This document shows positions 62,754-64,000 of a DNA stretch of 64,000 bases, one piece after another; within the stretch, counting starts at the first letter, position 1, and every line of letters starts with the position of its first letter. The position numbers and the translations under genes were made by a program. This stretch comes from an uncultured beta proteobacterium (lineage in GTDB: Bacteria > Pseudomonadota > Gammaproteobacteria > Burkholderiales > Casimicrobiaceae): NCBI GenBank assembly GCA_963786625.1, contig CAWAZS010000002.1, forward strand, positions 12,201 to 76,200, given 5' to 3'. The notes below the pieces were generated by a model. The model searched no databases. It saw nothing but the letters and a program-made list of their open reading frames with translations, and was not told where the DNA came from.

Positions 62754-63560
62754 ATGCCGCTGAATGCGAAGCCAATGACCGGGATTCCGGCACCGGCCTC
62801 CCCGTCGGGCGGGCGCGGGAGCGGCCCCGCGCCGAGCGCCCCCGTCATATCGCTTCGCGACCTCAAGACGCATTGCTCGACGTGCAGCATGCGCGAGTTG
62901 TGCCTCCCCGGCGGCCTCAACAGCGACGAGCTGAAGCAGGTCGACGCGCTGGTCGGCAATCGCACCAAGCTCAAGAAGAACGACTCGCTGTACCGGGCCG
63001 GGGAGACGTTTCATGCGTTGTACGCGATCCGTCTCGGCTCCCTCAAGACCACCGTGCTGGCCGAGGACGGCCGCGAGCAGGTCTCCGGCTATCACATGCT
63101 GGGCGACATCATCGGTCTGGACGGCATCGGCACCGACCGGCACGGCTGCCAGGCGATCGCCCTGGAGGACACCGAAGTCTGCGCGCTCCCGTTCGAGCGG
63201 ATCGAGGAGCTCGCGCGGAGCGTGCCCGCACTGCAGCATAACCTCCACCAGTTCCTGTCCCGGGAAATCTCGCGCGACCACAACATCATGCTGCTGCTCG
63301 GCAGCATGCGCGCGGAGGAGCGTCTCGCCGTGTTCCTGCTGAACCTGGCCGAGCGTTATCGTCGTCGCGGCTACTCGTCCACCGAGTACGTGCTGCGCAT
63401 GACCCGGGAGGAGATCGGCAGCTATCTCGGCCTCAAGCTCGAGACGGTGAGCCGCCTGTTCTCGCGGTTCCAGGAAGTCGGGCTGATCCAGGTCCAGGGC
63501 CGCGCGGTCAAGCTGCTCGATCCCGGCGCGCTGAAGCAGCTCATCGGGCAGCGCGGGTAG
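62754..63560 (+). CDS. fnr: FNR-family oxygen-sensing transcription regulator
   Basis: It has an N-terminal Cys cluster (HCSTCSMRELCLP), a cNMP-binding fold and a C-terminal HTH (MTREEIGSYLGLKLETVSRLFSRF). The in-frame ATG at 62754 in ORF 62433..63560 gives 268 aa. Confidence 0.9.
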   Translation: MPLNAKPMTGIPAPASPSGGRGSGPAPSAPVISLRDLKTHCSTCSMRELCLPGGLNSDELKQVDALVGNRTKLKKNDSLYRAGETFHALYAIRLGSLKTTVLAEDGREQVSGYHMLGDIIGLDGIGTDRHGCQAIALEDTEVCALPFERIEELARSVPALQHNLHQFLSREISRDHNIMLLLGSMRAEERLAVFLLNLAERYRRRGYSSTEYVLRMTREEIGSYLGLKLETVSRLFSRFQEVGLIQVQGRAVKLLDPGALKQLIGQRG

Positions 63561-63567
63561 CAAGACA

Positions 63568-63593
63568 CGGCGCGCCCGCGGACGGGCGCGCCG
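63568..63593. terminator. Perfect 11-bp GC hairpin between convergent genes (possible bidirectional terminator)
   Basis: CGGCGCGCCCG-CGGA-CGGGCGCGCCG lies 8 nt after the fnr stop. There is no clear T-run on the plus strand, and a U-containing tail (UGUCUUGCUA) on the minus strand. Confidence 0.45.
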
Positions 63594-63628
63594 CGAGTGG
63601 CGGCGACGGTCGGCGCCGACGCACACGC

Positions 63629-63970
63629 TCAACGTTGCGGCAACTCGCCGGGCGCGCAGCGGGCATCCGGCTCGTCGCGCTTCGGGCAACCCGGCGGCCG
63701 CTCGTCCGGCTCGATCGGACAGTGGTTGACTTCCCACGGCGAGCGCTCCAGAAACACCGTGAGCGCCGACGAGGCGATGCCGAGCCCCCAGAAACCGAAG
63801 AATCCCATCGTGTAGATCACCTCGCGCGACACGTCGAGCGTCGCGCCGAAGAAATGCAGCTCGAACGGATCGAACACCGTGAAAAAGACCGCCTCCGCGA
63901 TCCCGGCAACGAGGAACGCGGGCCAGATCACCCACATCAACCGCCGGGAAAGACTGCCGCTCGCCTCCAT
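63629..63970 (-). CDS. Hypothetical small membrane protein
   Basis: 113-aa ORF with two hydrophobic helices (LMWVIWPAFLVAGIAEAVFFTVF, VIYTMGFFGFWGLGIASSALTVF). I recognise no family. Confidence 0.5.
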   Translation of the reverse strand: MEASGSLSRRLMWVIWPAFLVAGIAEAVFFTVFDPFELHFFGATLDVSREVIYTMGFFGFWGLGIASSALTVFLERSPWEVNHCPIEPDERPPGCPKRDEPDARCAPGELPQR

Positions 63971-64000
63971 CGCTGCCTCCTTGGTTCCCGATCGTCGATC

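Overview
High-GC (about 70%) betaproteobacterial chromosome core, probably Burkholderiales. This is suggested by a Bug/TctC-family binding protein and by the syntenies rlmE-ftsH-folP-glmM, greA-carB-carA, and ilvI-ilvN-ilvC-psd-pssA-leuA followed by an ECF sigma/DUF3619/DUF3106/RDD module. I can support about 60 protein-coding genes, mostly housekeeping: molybdenum cofactor, chromate efflux, stringent response, cell envelope, Arg/pyrimidine/BCAA biosynthesis and the glyoxylate shunt. I recognised no rRNA, tRNA, CRISPR array, transposase, integrase, prophage or defence genes. Six points deserve a second look. (1) A B12 acyl-CoA mutase operon: B12 subunit, PaaK-like CoA ligase, and an in-frame MeaB::mutase ORF carrying the Ile/Asp signature I associate with 2-hydroxyisobutyryl-CoA mutase. 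It is followed by a tandem gamma-carbonic-anhydrase-like (LbH) pair whose metal-binding histidines are split in a complementary way between the two domains. (2) An unannotated 32-codon leader ORF with six consecutive Leu codons upstream of leuA. (3) Paralogous intergenic cassettes (hairpin with compensatory changes plus an SD-GTG module) directly after the stop codons of ilvC and leuA, including a perfect 42-nt direct repeat that duplicates the leuA-stop/next-gene-start junction. (4) A rubrerythrin / HdrD-GlcF-like Fe-S protein / DUF3501 trio of unknown function next to aceB. (5) A REP-like hairpin family. (6) About 25-30 single-base frame disruptions, clustered at 0-14.2 kb and 42.4-54 kb, that hit essential genes (ftsH, folP, ppa, relA, leuA). 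These are much more likely sequence errors than real pseudogenes, and they limit any claim about gene fusions here. Coordinates of non-ORF features were calibrated against ORF-track boundaries and may be off by 1-2 nt.
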